64,000 nt of DNA, from NCBI GenBank assembly GCA_950097015.1, contig CATNEN010000038.1, positions 11,036,001 to 11,100,000 of the forward strand, written 5' to 3'. Each line of letters begins with the position of its first letter. Positions within the stretch are counted from its first letter, which is position 1. Below the pieces are notes generated by a model, which was not told where the DNA came from, searched no databases, and was given only the letters and a program-made list of their open reading frames with translations. The translations under genes were made by a program, and so were the position numbers. Shown piece by piece: positions 1 through 11,000 of the stretch. The stretch comes from Macrostomum hystrix. Taxonomy: Eukaryota; Animalia; Platyhelminthes.

Positions 1-1200
1 CTCTCTCCCTTGATCTTCCTCTCTTCCTTCATCTCCCTCTCTCTCCCTTCATCTCCCTCTATCTCTCTATCTCCCTCTCTCTCACTTTATCTCCCCCTCA
101 CCCTTCATCTTCCTCTCTCTTCATCTCCCTTTCTCTCCCTTCATCTCCCTCTCTCCCTTGATCTCCCTCTCTCCCTTGATCTCCCTCTCTCCCTTGATCT
201 CCCTCTCTCCCTTGATCTCCCTCTCTCCCTTGATCTCCCTCTCTCCCTTGATCTCCCTCTCTCCCTTGATCTCCCTCTCTCCCTTGATCTCCCTCTCTCC
301 CTTGATCTCGCTCCCTCCCTTGATCTCCCTCTCTCCCTTGATCTCCCTCTCTCCCTTGATCTCCCTCTCTCCCTTGATCTCCCTCTCTCCCTTTATCTCC
401 CTCTCTCCCTTTATCTCCCTCTCCCCCTTGATCTCGCTCCCTCCCTTGATCTCCCTCTCTCCCTTGATCTCCCTCTCTCCCTTGATCTCCCTCTCTCCCT
501 TGATCTCCCTCTCTCCCTTGATCTCCCTCTCTCCCTTGATCTCCCTCTCTCCCTTGATCTCCCTCTCTCCCTTGATCTCCCTCTCTCCCTTGATCTACCT
601 CTCTCCCTTGATCTCCCTCTCTCCCTTGATCTCCCTCTCTCCCTTGATCTCCCTCTCTCCCTTTATCTCCCTCTCTCCCTTTATCTCCCTCTCCCCCTTG
701 ATCTCCCTCTCTCCCTTCATCTCCCTCTCTCCCTTGATCTCCCTCTCTCCCTTGATCTCCCTCTCTCCCTTGATCTCCCTCTCTCCCTTGATCTCCCTCT
801 CTCCCTTGATCTCCCTCTCTCCCTTGATCTCCCTCTCTCCCTTGATCTCCCTCTCTCCCTTGATCTCCCTCTCTCCCTTGATCTCCCTCTCTCCCTTGAT
901 CTTCCTCTCTTCCTTCATCTCCCTCTCTCTCCCTTCATCTCCCTCTATCTCTCTATCTCCCTCTCTCTCACTTTATCTCCCCCTCACCCTTCATCTTCCT
1001 CTCTCTTCATCTCCCTTTCTCTCCCTTCATCTCCCTCTCTCTCTATCTCCCTCTCTCCCTTCATCTCCCTCTCTCCCTTCATCTCCCTCTCTCTCCCTTC
1101 ATCTCCCTCTCTCTCTCTTTCTCCCTCTCTCTCTTAATCTCCCTGTCTCTCCCTTCATCTCCCTCCCTCCCTTCATCTCCCTCCCTCCCTTCATCTCTGT
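1..1200. repeat. 18-bp pyrimidine-rich minisatellite (CTCTCCCTTGATCTCCCT)n with degenerate edges
   Basis: Directly visible tandem array. Confidence 0.95.
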
Positions 1201-1650
1201 CTCTCTAAGAATCATTATCAATTGTTTTCAAGAGTGTTTGGTTAGAATTTCAACTTCAAAAGCCCTCATTAAAACTAAAAGAGTGTCACAGTTATGGCAG
1301 AAAGTGCTAGCTAAATTTATTCTGTTAGAAAAAAATTCTAGACTTATCGAGTCAAGGCGGTCGCACAAGTCCACAGATAATGCCCAATAGGTAAATTGCT
1401 TGGCTAATTGTACGAGCTAAGTCTACCCCAATAGCTACCTTAGATTTCAATCAAAGCTTGTACTTGGTGTGTCGTCTTTTCGAAATTCCGTCCCCTTATC
1501 TGCAGCGCTCAATGACATCACCGCAGGCAGCATAGCAGGGCATATTAGGCATATGTAAGTTCAGCTTTGGCGGGCACAACCAACTGGCCCACAGGTGAGA
1601 GCAGCACTATTTGTCAAGCTAAAATCTGCTCAACAGACAAGAGAAAAATC

Positions 1651-2426
1651 ATGTCCTGGAATAATCATCACCATCATCACCACCGCCACAACTGGGCGGC
1701 TGACAGGGCTTTTCAAGTGAGCATGAATAAGTCTAAATGAACCTGTCCATTTTAGACCCGTGTCTACATGTATCTGAATCTATCTTAACATTGAACACTG
1801 TTCAAAGAGTGCCTGATCTCAAAGAGACCCCTGTTCACTGGAGTCTGTCCTCAAAGAGACCCCTGTCCACTGGAGTCTGTCCTCAAAGAGACCCCTGTCC
1901 ACTGGAGTCTGTCCTCAAAAAGATCCCTGTCCACTTGAGCCTGTCCTCTAAAATACCCCTGTCCACTGGAGTCTGTCCTCAAAAAGATCCCTGTCCACTT
2001 GAGCCTCTCCTCAAAGAGACCCCTGTCCACTTGAGCCTGTCCTCAAAGAGACCCCTGTCCACTGGAGTCTGTCCTCAAAAAGATCCCTGTCCACTTGAGA
2101 CCCCTGTTCGAACTTAGGACGAAATGCGCGCAGAAGCGCAGGCCGATAACCTGCGCGCGAAGGCCTCCGATCGGCTGCATCGCGGCGACATCGGCGGCTT
2201 CCTGGCTGCCGCAATCGGCGCCGGGAGCGCCCAGATGCGCGCCAACGAGGCTCACATGCGCGAACGAGCCGCTCTGGGCGGATGGGCGTCCAATCACGGA
2301 CGACATCACCACCATTGCTTCCCGCCGCCGCCCACCTGCTCGTATCCTACCGGGCACGCTTCGTACCCACCCCCTCCACCTCCACATCACGGAGGTGGCT
2401 ATTATCCGCCACCGCCGATGCCTTAT

Positions 2427-2470
<44 letters not shown>

Positions 2471-2537
2471 TCCGCCTTACCCAGGTGTCAGCGGCTCTAT
2501 GCCACCACCTCCGCCGCCGTATCAGGGTGGAAAATAA
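1651..2537 (+). CDS. Small His/Pro/Gln-rich protein of unknown function, two coding exons (1651-1716, 2118-2537), about 161 aa
   Basis: ATG 1651 MSWNNHHHHHHRHNWAADRAFQ|gtgag splices in phase 0 to ttag|GAC GAA ATG, in frame with ORF 2124..2537. AATAAA near 2597; probable 5' UTR intron starting gtaagt at 1555. Confidence 0.65.
1815..2106. repeat. About 33-bp minisatellite (CCTCAAAGAGACCCCTGTCCACTGGAGTCTGT-like) inside intron 1717-2117
   Basis: About 9 tandem variant units. Confidence 0.9.
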
Positions 2538-4595
2538 TCAAAAAATGTTTAATTGGCGTGCTTGGAGACGTTTCGATTTTTTAACATTAAAATTACAATA
2601 AATCGTTCCCTTGTCACTCTAGGCAATGTTGGATTTATTTTTTAACGAACGCTCGTATTTTTCTAAGTTCTGAAACTTCAGTATTAACTATTGAAGATGT
2701 AATTTTTATTTTTATTCAGTTTCCTCTTTCGATTTAACAATTAGCTTGTCGACTGCATCGAAGTTTGAATTATTCAGCTTTCAAGCAGATTAACAAGAAA
2801 ACAGTTGGTTCGATATCTCAGATGTAATTATGAAATCGTCTATTCAGAGGTTGAGAATGCGATTTGTAGCATTCGAGAGCACAAAAAATTAAGAAACTTA
2901 TCAGCGAAAAACTTCAGAGTGCCTTTCCAATCTTGTGTGATTTAGTTTGACTGGGTAAAATGAGAATAAAATTTTGAATTGGGAAGCAATGAATTGGAAG
3001 GGAGGAAGAACTAGTTTAAAAGAAAGTTTGACAGAGAATTGGTCATTTTGGGAAGAATTGGCTTCAATTAGGTTGGGGACTCGGTTTAAGTGAGGGTGTC
3101 ATTTTTCTATTGTGGGAAAAATTGTTCCATTTAAGGCGTCAAGTAGGGGACAATTAGTTTCAAGTTGGGGATATTTTATGTCAAATAAAGTCTATGAAGA
3201 GACAAATGAAATTAGCATCGTGCAACTTTATTGGGCTTTGTTTAGGCCAGAAATTTTTTCTCGCAATTTTGTTAACTATCAAAAGTCGTTGCAAAAGCCT
3301 GTACTGGCACTGTTTTGATCTTATAGCTTTTGGTTAATTTGCCAACGTAAGTCGCTCCTGTTGTAATCATTAACAGCAGCGAAAGAGAGGTGAGAATGTA
3401 CATGAATAAACTTGTACATGATACTATTAGTAGGCAAGTCAGGGTGTGAGTCATAGACATGTATATTCTAGTATAGTATACATGTAGTATACATAAATAG
3501 TCAAGGGCCTTGCACCCTCTCACTGTCGATATTTTCCTGTACATCTTTATTAAGTTTATATAATCATGAACTGAAGTCACGCATGCATTGTCGTGCATTG
3601 TTAATATGGCTAAAATAGTCATACTCATAGTACTATGAGTACTTGAAGCACGTTTCTGATCGACTTTAAACCATCATAAAATCCAATCTTCTATTTGATC
3701 TGAACAGACGACCCTCACCAAAATGCATGTGATTTTCAAATCATTAACTAAAATTGTTCATCAGCGGTTCGTTAGCCGAGAAGAAATTGACGCAGTTCTT
3801 TATTTCGCATTTCGCCAGCTCACAGTTTCTCGGTACAGCTTGAGTTAGTCATTGCTGTGACATGGGAAAAATCTTATATATGCAAATCTGCTATCCCTTT
3901 GGGATCTTGATTTCACAGCTCGGCTTGCCGAGTCAGGCAAGGGTTGAGAAAGAGAATCGGATTCGGTGCAGCATCCCACAGCAGCTCTCATCACCACCTC
4001 GAAGTCCTCATCTCTCGCAGCACGAGAAGAAATTGTTGGAAGAGGGAATTCCTAGAAATTCTCAGTCAATTCAATCCCCAACAGATTCGCTCCCAAAACT
4101 TCGCTGCTTCATATTTTTATCTATATATGTGCTTGATAATAGGCAGTAAGATTGGTTTCCAATCACAAAACCCTTGTCGCACGCGCGTATAATACCATGT
4201 ATTAGCGTAAATACCTGAATGCATTACGATTATAAGACATATACGAGCGTATGTAATACTCCGAATATAAATTCTAAGCGATATTTTGTTATATTCGAGC
4301 CGTAATTGGTTAAATAACAGAACAAGGACCGCTAGCCAATTAACAAAAGTGGTAAAATTAAACTAGCTAGACAATAAGAAGAAAACCTCAAGGTCATTTT
4401 AAGCTACCAGCCAATAAGTAAACAGCCCTAAATAAACCGAAAGCCAGCTAAAAAGGCGACCCGAAATAGGCAGAAAGCACACAATGTTACCCTGGTGGAC
4501 TAGACAACCAATGAAAAATAAGAATAAAATATAGAGAATATATACACTCCCAAATCCACAGCTTAGACCGATAGCAGTGAAAATCTCAGTAAACC

Positions 4596-4930
4596 ATGTT
4601 TTCACCTACAACTATCGTATACCTCCTGGTAACTAGCATCAGCGTTAGTTGCCATGACAACCAGAACACCTGGCAGTGGCACTTTGAGCTGATTCTGGGT
4701 GCCATGACTTGGCAGGAGGCGGCAGACCGCTGCTTCACCGCTGGCATGGCGCTGGCACCGGTGGCGGCCACTCCGGCAGGCCTGGCGGCAGCGAGGGCGC
4801 GACTGGCCGGCGAGGGTGTCGTTGATCGGAGCGTCTGGATCGACGGAAGACGCAATCGACGAAGTTGCAGATGCTTTTGGCAGCAAAGGCAACGACAATG
4901 GCCGAGACTGCGGAATCAGCAGCTGCAGAG

Positions 4931-5002
<72 letters not shown>

Positions 5003-5041
5003 GTCTGTCTGGCTGTCTGTCTGTCTGTTTGTCTGTCTGCC

Positions 5042-5086
<45 letters not shown>

Positions 5087-5662
5087 GTCTGTCTGTCTGT
5101 CTGTCTGGCTGTCTGTCTGTCTGTCTGTATGTCTGTCTGTCTGTCTGTCTCGGTAACAGCCAAGCCCCCACATCCTCGCAGAAGCCCAGCCTCCTCTGTC
5201 GGCTTAGCAGACCAGGGATCGATGATGCTGCTGCTACTCCCGGAAGAAGAGACTTTTCAGTCGCGCAACGAGTGCCTAACAGTGCGCAGCAGCTCAGCCA
5301 AGCCGATTGAGGACGCTGGAGAGACCGTTGAGTTCGCCGACTGTCGGCAATACCAGGCTGGAGCGCTGTGCTCCGCTGCTCAGCAGCAGCAGCAGCAGCA
5401 GTCACCGCCACAGAAGCAGCAGTCTGGACTAGATCCACATTCGCAATTCCTATCCACAACTGTAGGTTCGATACAGAACATTGAGACATCGTCAACAAAG
5501 ATCCGAGCTTCAACCGACATAGACGACAACCATGCCTGGTGGTTGGCGGTGCTGTCTGCCTGTGTGGCTGCCAGCATCTGTGTCATCGCCTCCCTGCTGG
5601 CGGTCATTGCGGCCGGAGCTGGACGCGCCGGCTGCCAACGAAGATCGGCGGGCATTCAGTGA
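4596..5662 (+). CDS. C-type lectin-domain-like type I membrane protein, two exons (4596-4930, 5182-5662), about 271 aa
   Basis: Signal peptide; CTLD-like motifs [10 protein letters not shown]...LA, VWIDG, ECLTV, FADC...ALC; TM segment [26 protein letters not shown]. Intron 4931-5181 (gt...ctcgcag) removes the (TCTG)n tract and joins the two frames. AATAAA at 5819-5824. Confidence 0.7.
4931..5150. repeat. (GTCT)n microsatellite
   Basis: Directly visible; begins at the predicted donor GT. Confidence 0.97.
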
Positions 5663-5897
5663 AGGCGACAGATTAACAGGTGATAGTTGACAGATTCACT
5701 ATTCAATTTGTTTAAGTAATGCTGCCAATTTTTGGGGCAAAATATTCTAGAAGTCTAAACCTCGTCCTATCATAAGTAGTCATCTAAACCTTTATTGACA
5801 TTTTTGACAGTCAAGCAGAATAAAGTACTTTGATCTTCATCGTCATTATAAGGTACTCAATTAGGAGCTTAATTATATAAATACAAAGAACTAATTC

Positions 5898-6879
5898 CTA
5901 AATGTTGAAACAATTCGCCATGAAAATCCAGAACCCGGGCTGCAAATTTTCCGCTCCATCCGATGAAACAACTTCCAGAATCACATCGTCGAGATATTCA
6001 ATGATTCTCGTCGGGGTGTCTGGTGGCAGAAACCTCAAATATATGTAACCATCTCTGTGCTTATTGCTGATCATATTATATTGGTTGTATTGTTTGGCTC
6101 GGACGGCTTTGAAAGTTGGGTTACTTTGAAGGGCGGAAAATGTTGATTCAAACAGATGGTGGCCTTTCACGAAAATTGGCCATTCGGTTTGGTTGCTATC
6201 GTAAAATAGGCAATGGGTATTAAAATACCCCTGGTCTACTTATCTATCTATCTATTTTGCAGGGGGGCCTGGGGCACTTGTCGCACAGGCGACGGAGCGG
6301 CACGCCCCCAGACCGGCGAACTAGGCGCTTTTGCGCCCATCGCGCCGCCTCCCCTGAGCAGGCACCACACACAGCAGCACAGACCAGCCGGGGAGGGCAG
6401 GAGGCACCCAGAATAGACAGCAGTGTCCCCCACCCCAGCCCCACACGCACATAGCAGACCAATCCGGGGCGGAAGGCTGATAAGAAATCAGTCCTCAGGG
6501 GGGGCGGGTGATGAGTGTACAGTTATCCAATCACGCTGACGGAAGTCCAGAAAGCGCGCGGCGGTGCACACCCGCCCTCCAGCCACCCCCCGCAAGGTCT
6601 CACGCCCCAGCGCCAACGCACACAACTCACGCAACGCAGAACAGGCACACAGAAAGGTAGGAGCGAAGCTATTATTTCAAGCTTTGATTGCACGAAATAT
6701 GGTGCACCTCCGCCGGTCGCTACTGTCCAAACCCCCCCCAACAAGCCCCGAAATTAATCGTGACTTGAAGGGTAAATCGAACTAGCATCCTTTAGAGTGC
6801 GAGGCAGCGACGTTAGCCGCTGACCCACTCGCCCCTCCCCCTGGTCTACTTACTCTTGAGTGAAAATAGCGCAGACGGA
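5898..6879 (-). CDS. Possible 3' part of an unknown gene (exons 6854-6879 and 5898-6195)
   Basis: Phase-compatible junction CAAGA|gtaagt ... ttttacgatag|C gives SVCAIFTQDNQTEWPIFVKGHHLFES...FNI*. AATAAA on the minus strand at 5791-5796. No start exon or homology identified. Confidence 0.3.
6243..6837 (-). mobile_element. tRNA-derived SINE (family C), full length, with 15-bp target-site duplication
   Basis: Direct repeat CCCCTGGTCTACTTA at 6228-6242 and 6838-6852. Minus-strand head with A-box-like TGGGTCAGCGG and B-box-like AGTTCGATT; (ATAG)n tail. Confidence 0.75.
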
Positions 6880-7751
6880 CTAAAAAAAAACTTTAGCCAA
6901 AAAAATTGGAACTAGCTCGTAAATTTTCAAAGGGCAGAGGTGGGTTTCGTACTGCATCTTATAAAGTATATTTGCCGATAACAAATAGCTCGCTATATAG
7001 TAAGCGAAAGTTTGGATAAAGCATTCCAACTGAAAGCCGGAAAATCTGATCTATATTTGTTTAAATATGGCGAAGGCGATGAGTTATGCAGGTTTTAATA
7101 TAGAATAAAAAGCTATTCGAAATGTCGAACAAGACAGACTGGCGGACAGCCTAAAAGCAGATGGATCCACGGAGTTTGATTGGTTAAATAATTGTCGAAT
7201 AACTAGATGTCGGAGCGTGAACGTACATGAACAATACGCAGAGCCCTCGACATAGGACACATGTTTGAGAGAGTCTGCAATACAGCGATCAGAATAGTGC
7301 TCACTCTATCGAAATATTGGGGCGATAGGTTAAAACTCTTATAGCGAAAGTGAAGTCAATTCGAGTAAAGCATTTGTTTAAAATAATTGACTTCTTATAA
7401 AAGGGCAGCCAAAAACGTCTGTGACGTATTTGGCTGAAAAAGAAAAGTAGAGGCACTTTGCCGCCGGTCTCGACATGCGTTCAGACACGAGAGTAATATC
7501 AATGTGGGTAATACTAAATATGATCATAGTTAAATAGTTAAAAGCTGACGAGAGGCAGTCGCGAAGCAAATACATTAGTTGGCAGTGGCTACTAATATAC
7601 TAATTGTTGGCTACAGCTAAAAAAAACAGCTCGAATAATAAGCACGTAATGCTAGCGTACATGCAATCGTATTAATCAATAAGTGTAGAATCAAACGCTT
7701 GATCTACACCTAATCTATCATCATCTAGGATTCCTTGTTCCAATCAATTGA

Positions 7752-7757
7752 TTTATT
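7752..7757 (-). promoter_or_regulatory. Candidate polyadenylation signal (AATAAA) of the twitchin gene
   Basis: tttatt on the plus strand, about 270 nt downstream of the predicted stop at 8027. Confidence 0.45.
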
Positions 7758-8026
7758 TGGGTAAAAATATCAGAAAAATAACATTCAAAATACGAGGCGT
7801 ATATTCGAAATTTAGAACTATATCATTGTCAAATACGTGACAAAGAGAAGTTAAAACAAACACGTGTTCCTATTCGACTGGGAAACGAAGTTGTTATGCG
7901 GCTTAGAAATAAGAAGCACAAAACAAGCTTTGAGAAACAGAAAACTTAGCGACCGATGGAGACATAGAAAGAAAGCGACATTGTCAGATTTTACCACCAA
8001 TTTGTTGTCATTAGCAACCGAATTGC

Positions 8027-11000
8027 TTACTCCGAGTGCTTTTCAAGGATGCTCTGCAGGTCTTTCTGGTTTACATCCTCTCCGGCCAAGATCTGGGAAG
8101 CGATTTGATTTAGAAGCGTACAGGAAATTGCAGCAATGCATTTTGAAGCCTCATTCACTCACCTGCAAAGCGAAGGCTGCAAGCTCTTTGGCTCCGCCGT
8201 CGGGCATCGAAGCCTCCAGCTGGTAGCAGCCACTGTCCGTGCTCAAAGCCACTGGGATGCTCAGAGTAAATACGCCGCCCGATGAGCTAATCCGGAAACG
8301 ATCTCCGTCGGTCAACGGAGCACCATCCTTGCTCCAGGTGGCTGTCCAGGTGGGTTTGATTGGCGATATAAATAGTCTATGGTAAAGCTGGTACCATTGT
8401 ATCGTTCTGGAATCTATGGTTCAGAGCCTATGGTTCAGGAACCTTAGATTCCAATTCACTCACCGGTAGCATCGGTGGAGGTGGCCTTCGCGGTGACGGT
8501 CACCGGGGCACCCTCCTCGGCTGTGAATGAAACAGGAAACTCGGCAATGACGACCGGCGGTGGCGGCGGCAGGCCCGGCTCTTCGTCGGCAGGCGGTGGC
8601 GCGACTCGAACACTGCACTGGGTGACCAGAGGAACCTCACCGCCAGTCAGCTCCAGGCGATAGATGCCCGAGTCGTCTGGGTAGAGAGCCTCTGTCGCCT
8701 TCAGCGCAAACCGGCCAGCGCCAGCGTCAGCAAAAATCTCCACTTCATCCGACACGGCATGGCCGTTGACTGTCCAGTTGGCAGTTAGCTTCCTGTTGGA
8801 GGTGGCCGGGGCTGGTGCCACAATGGCCACTAATTCGAAAGGCTCAGCATCGGCCACAGACACCGAGGCTGGGTGTTTGAAGAATTTTAACGGCGCCGGC
8901 GGGGGCGGTGGCGGTGGCGGCGGCACTGGAGCAGCCTGAGGTGATTCCTGCCTAGCCCTGCCTCGACTGCTGCTGCTGCTCTTGACGCTTTGGCTGGAGA
9001 TTTCCGTCTTGCGCTCCTCCCTGATGCTCGTGCTGGAGCTACCATTGACAACGGTGGACGAGCGCTGCTGCTTCAGGGAGCTCTTATAGCTCGACGATGT
9101 TGTATCGGACGCCGAGTTTCTATCAACACTGATCGTCTCCTTGAAGCGAACCTTCGACGACTTGCTGGCAGACTTCCAGCGGCCCTCGCAGACGTCCAGC
9201 TTACACTGGGTCTCATCCTGGCCGCGGGAGTTCTCAACCCGGACGGTGTAGCGGCCGGCGTCCTCCAGACCGGCTGAGAAAATCTCGAGGCTGGCGACAC
9301 CGGAGACGAGCTGAATGTTGCACTCCTTGGATTTCGCGGTCAGCTCCTTGCCGTCCTTGAACCAGGAGACTGTTGGGGCCGGCTTGCCGTCCACTGTGCA
9401 GCTAAGCTTCACGAAGCCGGCCTCCTGAATGAAGCGGTTGCGGAGCGGGAAAGTGACTCGCGCTGGCCGGTCCGGCTCCGACCACAGCTCCGGCGGCGGC
9501 GAGGGCGACTTGCGGCGACGCGGCGCTTGCGCTTCGGAAGTTTCCGAGAGCTCGCGCTGGAGCATGGCTTCCACCTAATGAAGTTTGGTTTGAATCATCG
9601 ATTGCATTGAGTTTTACATTGAGTACAGCCTACCCACCAGCGAGAAGCAAATATGCCCATTTCCCTGGCACCAGAACACACGTGCACAGGGGTGTACAAC
9701 AATCTGACTTTCTTCTCGTCAGGCAGTGCGCACTCTCGCTGGGGCTCTAGACAAAGGGCGTAGATTGTGCAACAAGCTCCCTTTGTCTAGAGATACAATT
9801 CAGACTACTGACAGTAGAAAAGCAAAGACTTGGCTGCAAAACTCTCACATAACACTAAAAAGTATCGCCATAAAAATGGCAAGGTTAAAAGAGACTTCTG
9901 CGCACACTGAGAGTGGTGGGAGAGGACGGCGTGTGGCCATGGCTGACTGACGAAGGCAAACAAGCCAGAAACCGGTCTCGGTCTGCCAGCGCGAGGTTCG
10001 TTCCCCACTTTTAGTGTGTTACAAAGACCATCTCTACGATGCTGCACCACAAATGAATGTGGCCTCGTCAAATCCTGTCCGCTTTGCCACTCACCCCACT
10101 TTGGAATAGGCACAAAGTAGACGACTAAAGTAACGAAAAGACTTTATATTTGGTACAAATTCTTAGAAGGTGACTATATCATGAAGTTTATTGTGATTCC
10201 GTTTCTTTTTTAAGCTTGTTCGACCTAGCTCGGTGACCAATGCAGATCAGAAACACGCATTTAACAAAGTTATCGCAGCAGCGCCTTGAACAAACCTGCA
10301 GCTTGATGACGGCCTCCTTTCGACCAAAAGAGTTCTCAGCCTTCACCAGGTACTCGCCAGCATCCTCAGGTTTCACCCGATTGATTTTCAACGAGAAGTC
10401 GTTGCCAGAGTAGCGCTGCATGAACTTCACAGACTGGACTAGGGTCTCGCCGTTGCGTTGCCAGCTAACCAATGGCGGTGAGATCGAGAGCACCTTGCAC
10501 TCGAACACGGCGTTCTGGCCCTCTGCACAGTACGCATTGCGCGAGCGGAGTACGAACCTCGGCGCTGCCTCCTTACGGTCTGTTGAGAATGGAGTTGCCG
10601 TTTTTTTATGAAACAGAGCTGAGTACGAAATTCAGAATGGCAATCTAGCAAACGAAACTCACCAAAGCTGGTCTCGTAGACCTCGAACTGCTTCATCTGC
10701 AGTCGCCTGAGCGAGCCGAAGTCGGCAAGGCGGGCGATGCCCAGAATGCCCCACCAATTGGGCTGGAAGGTTCGAGTGATAATGTTAATAGTATATTCAG
10801 GTGGGCTGCTGGCAATGGCACATCATTTGGTGACTGTAGACCCGCAGCCAGCGAGGAGGCAGTTCTTTCCATTTCGCTGACTCCTGAGCACACGCACACA
10901 TATACTATACGCAGGCACAGGCTCACACAGGTGTGTACATATAACCTGACTTTCTCATCGTCAGGCTTGGAGGTTTAAAGGGCGTAAATTGTACGACAAG

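Noticed and set aside
10-1390. ORFs of 375 and 410 aa, and similarly 35143-36260 and 38772-40097
   Set aside because: Minisatellite translations with no non-repetitive coding content.
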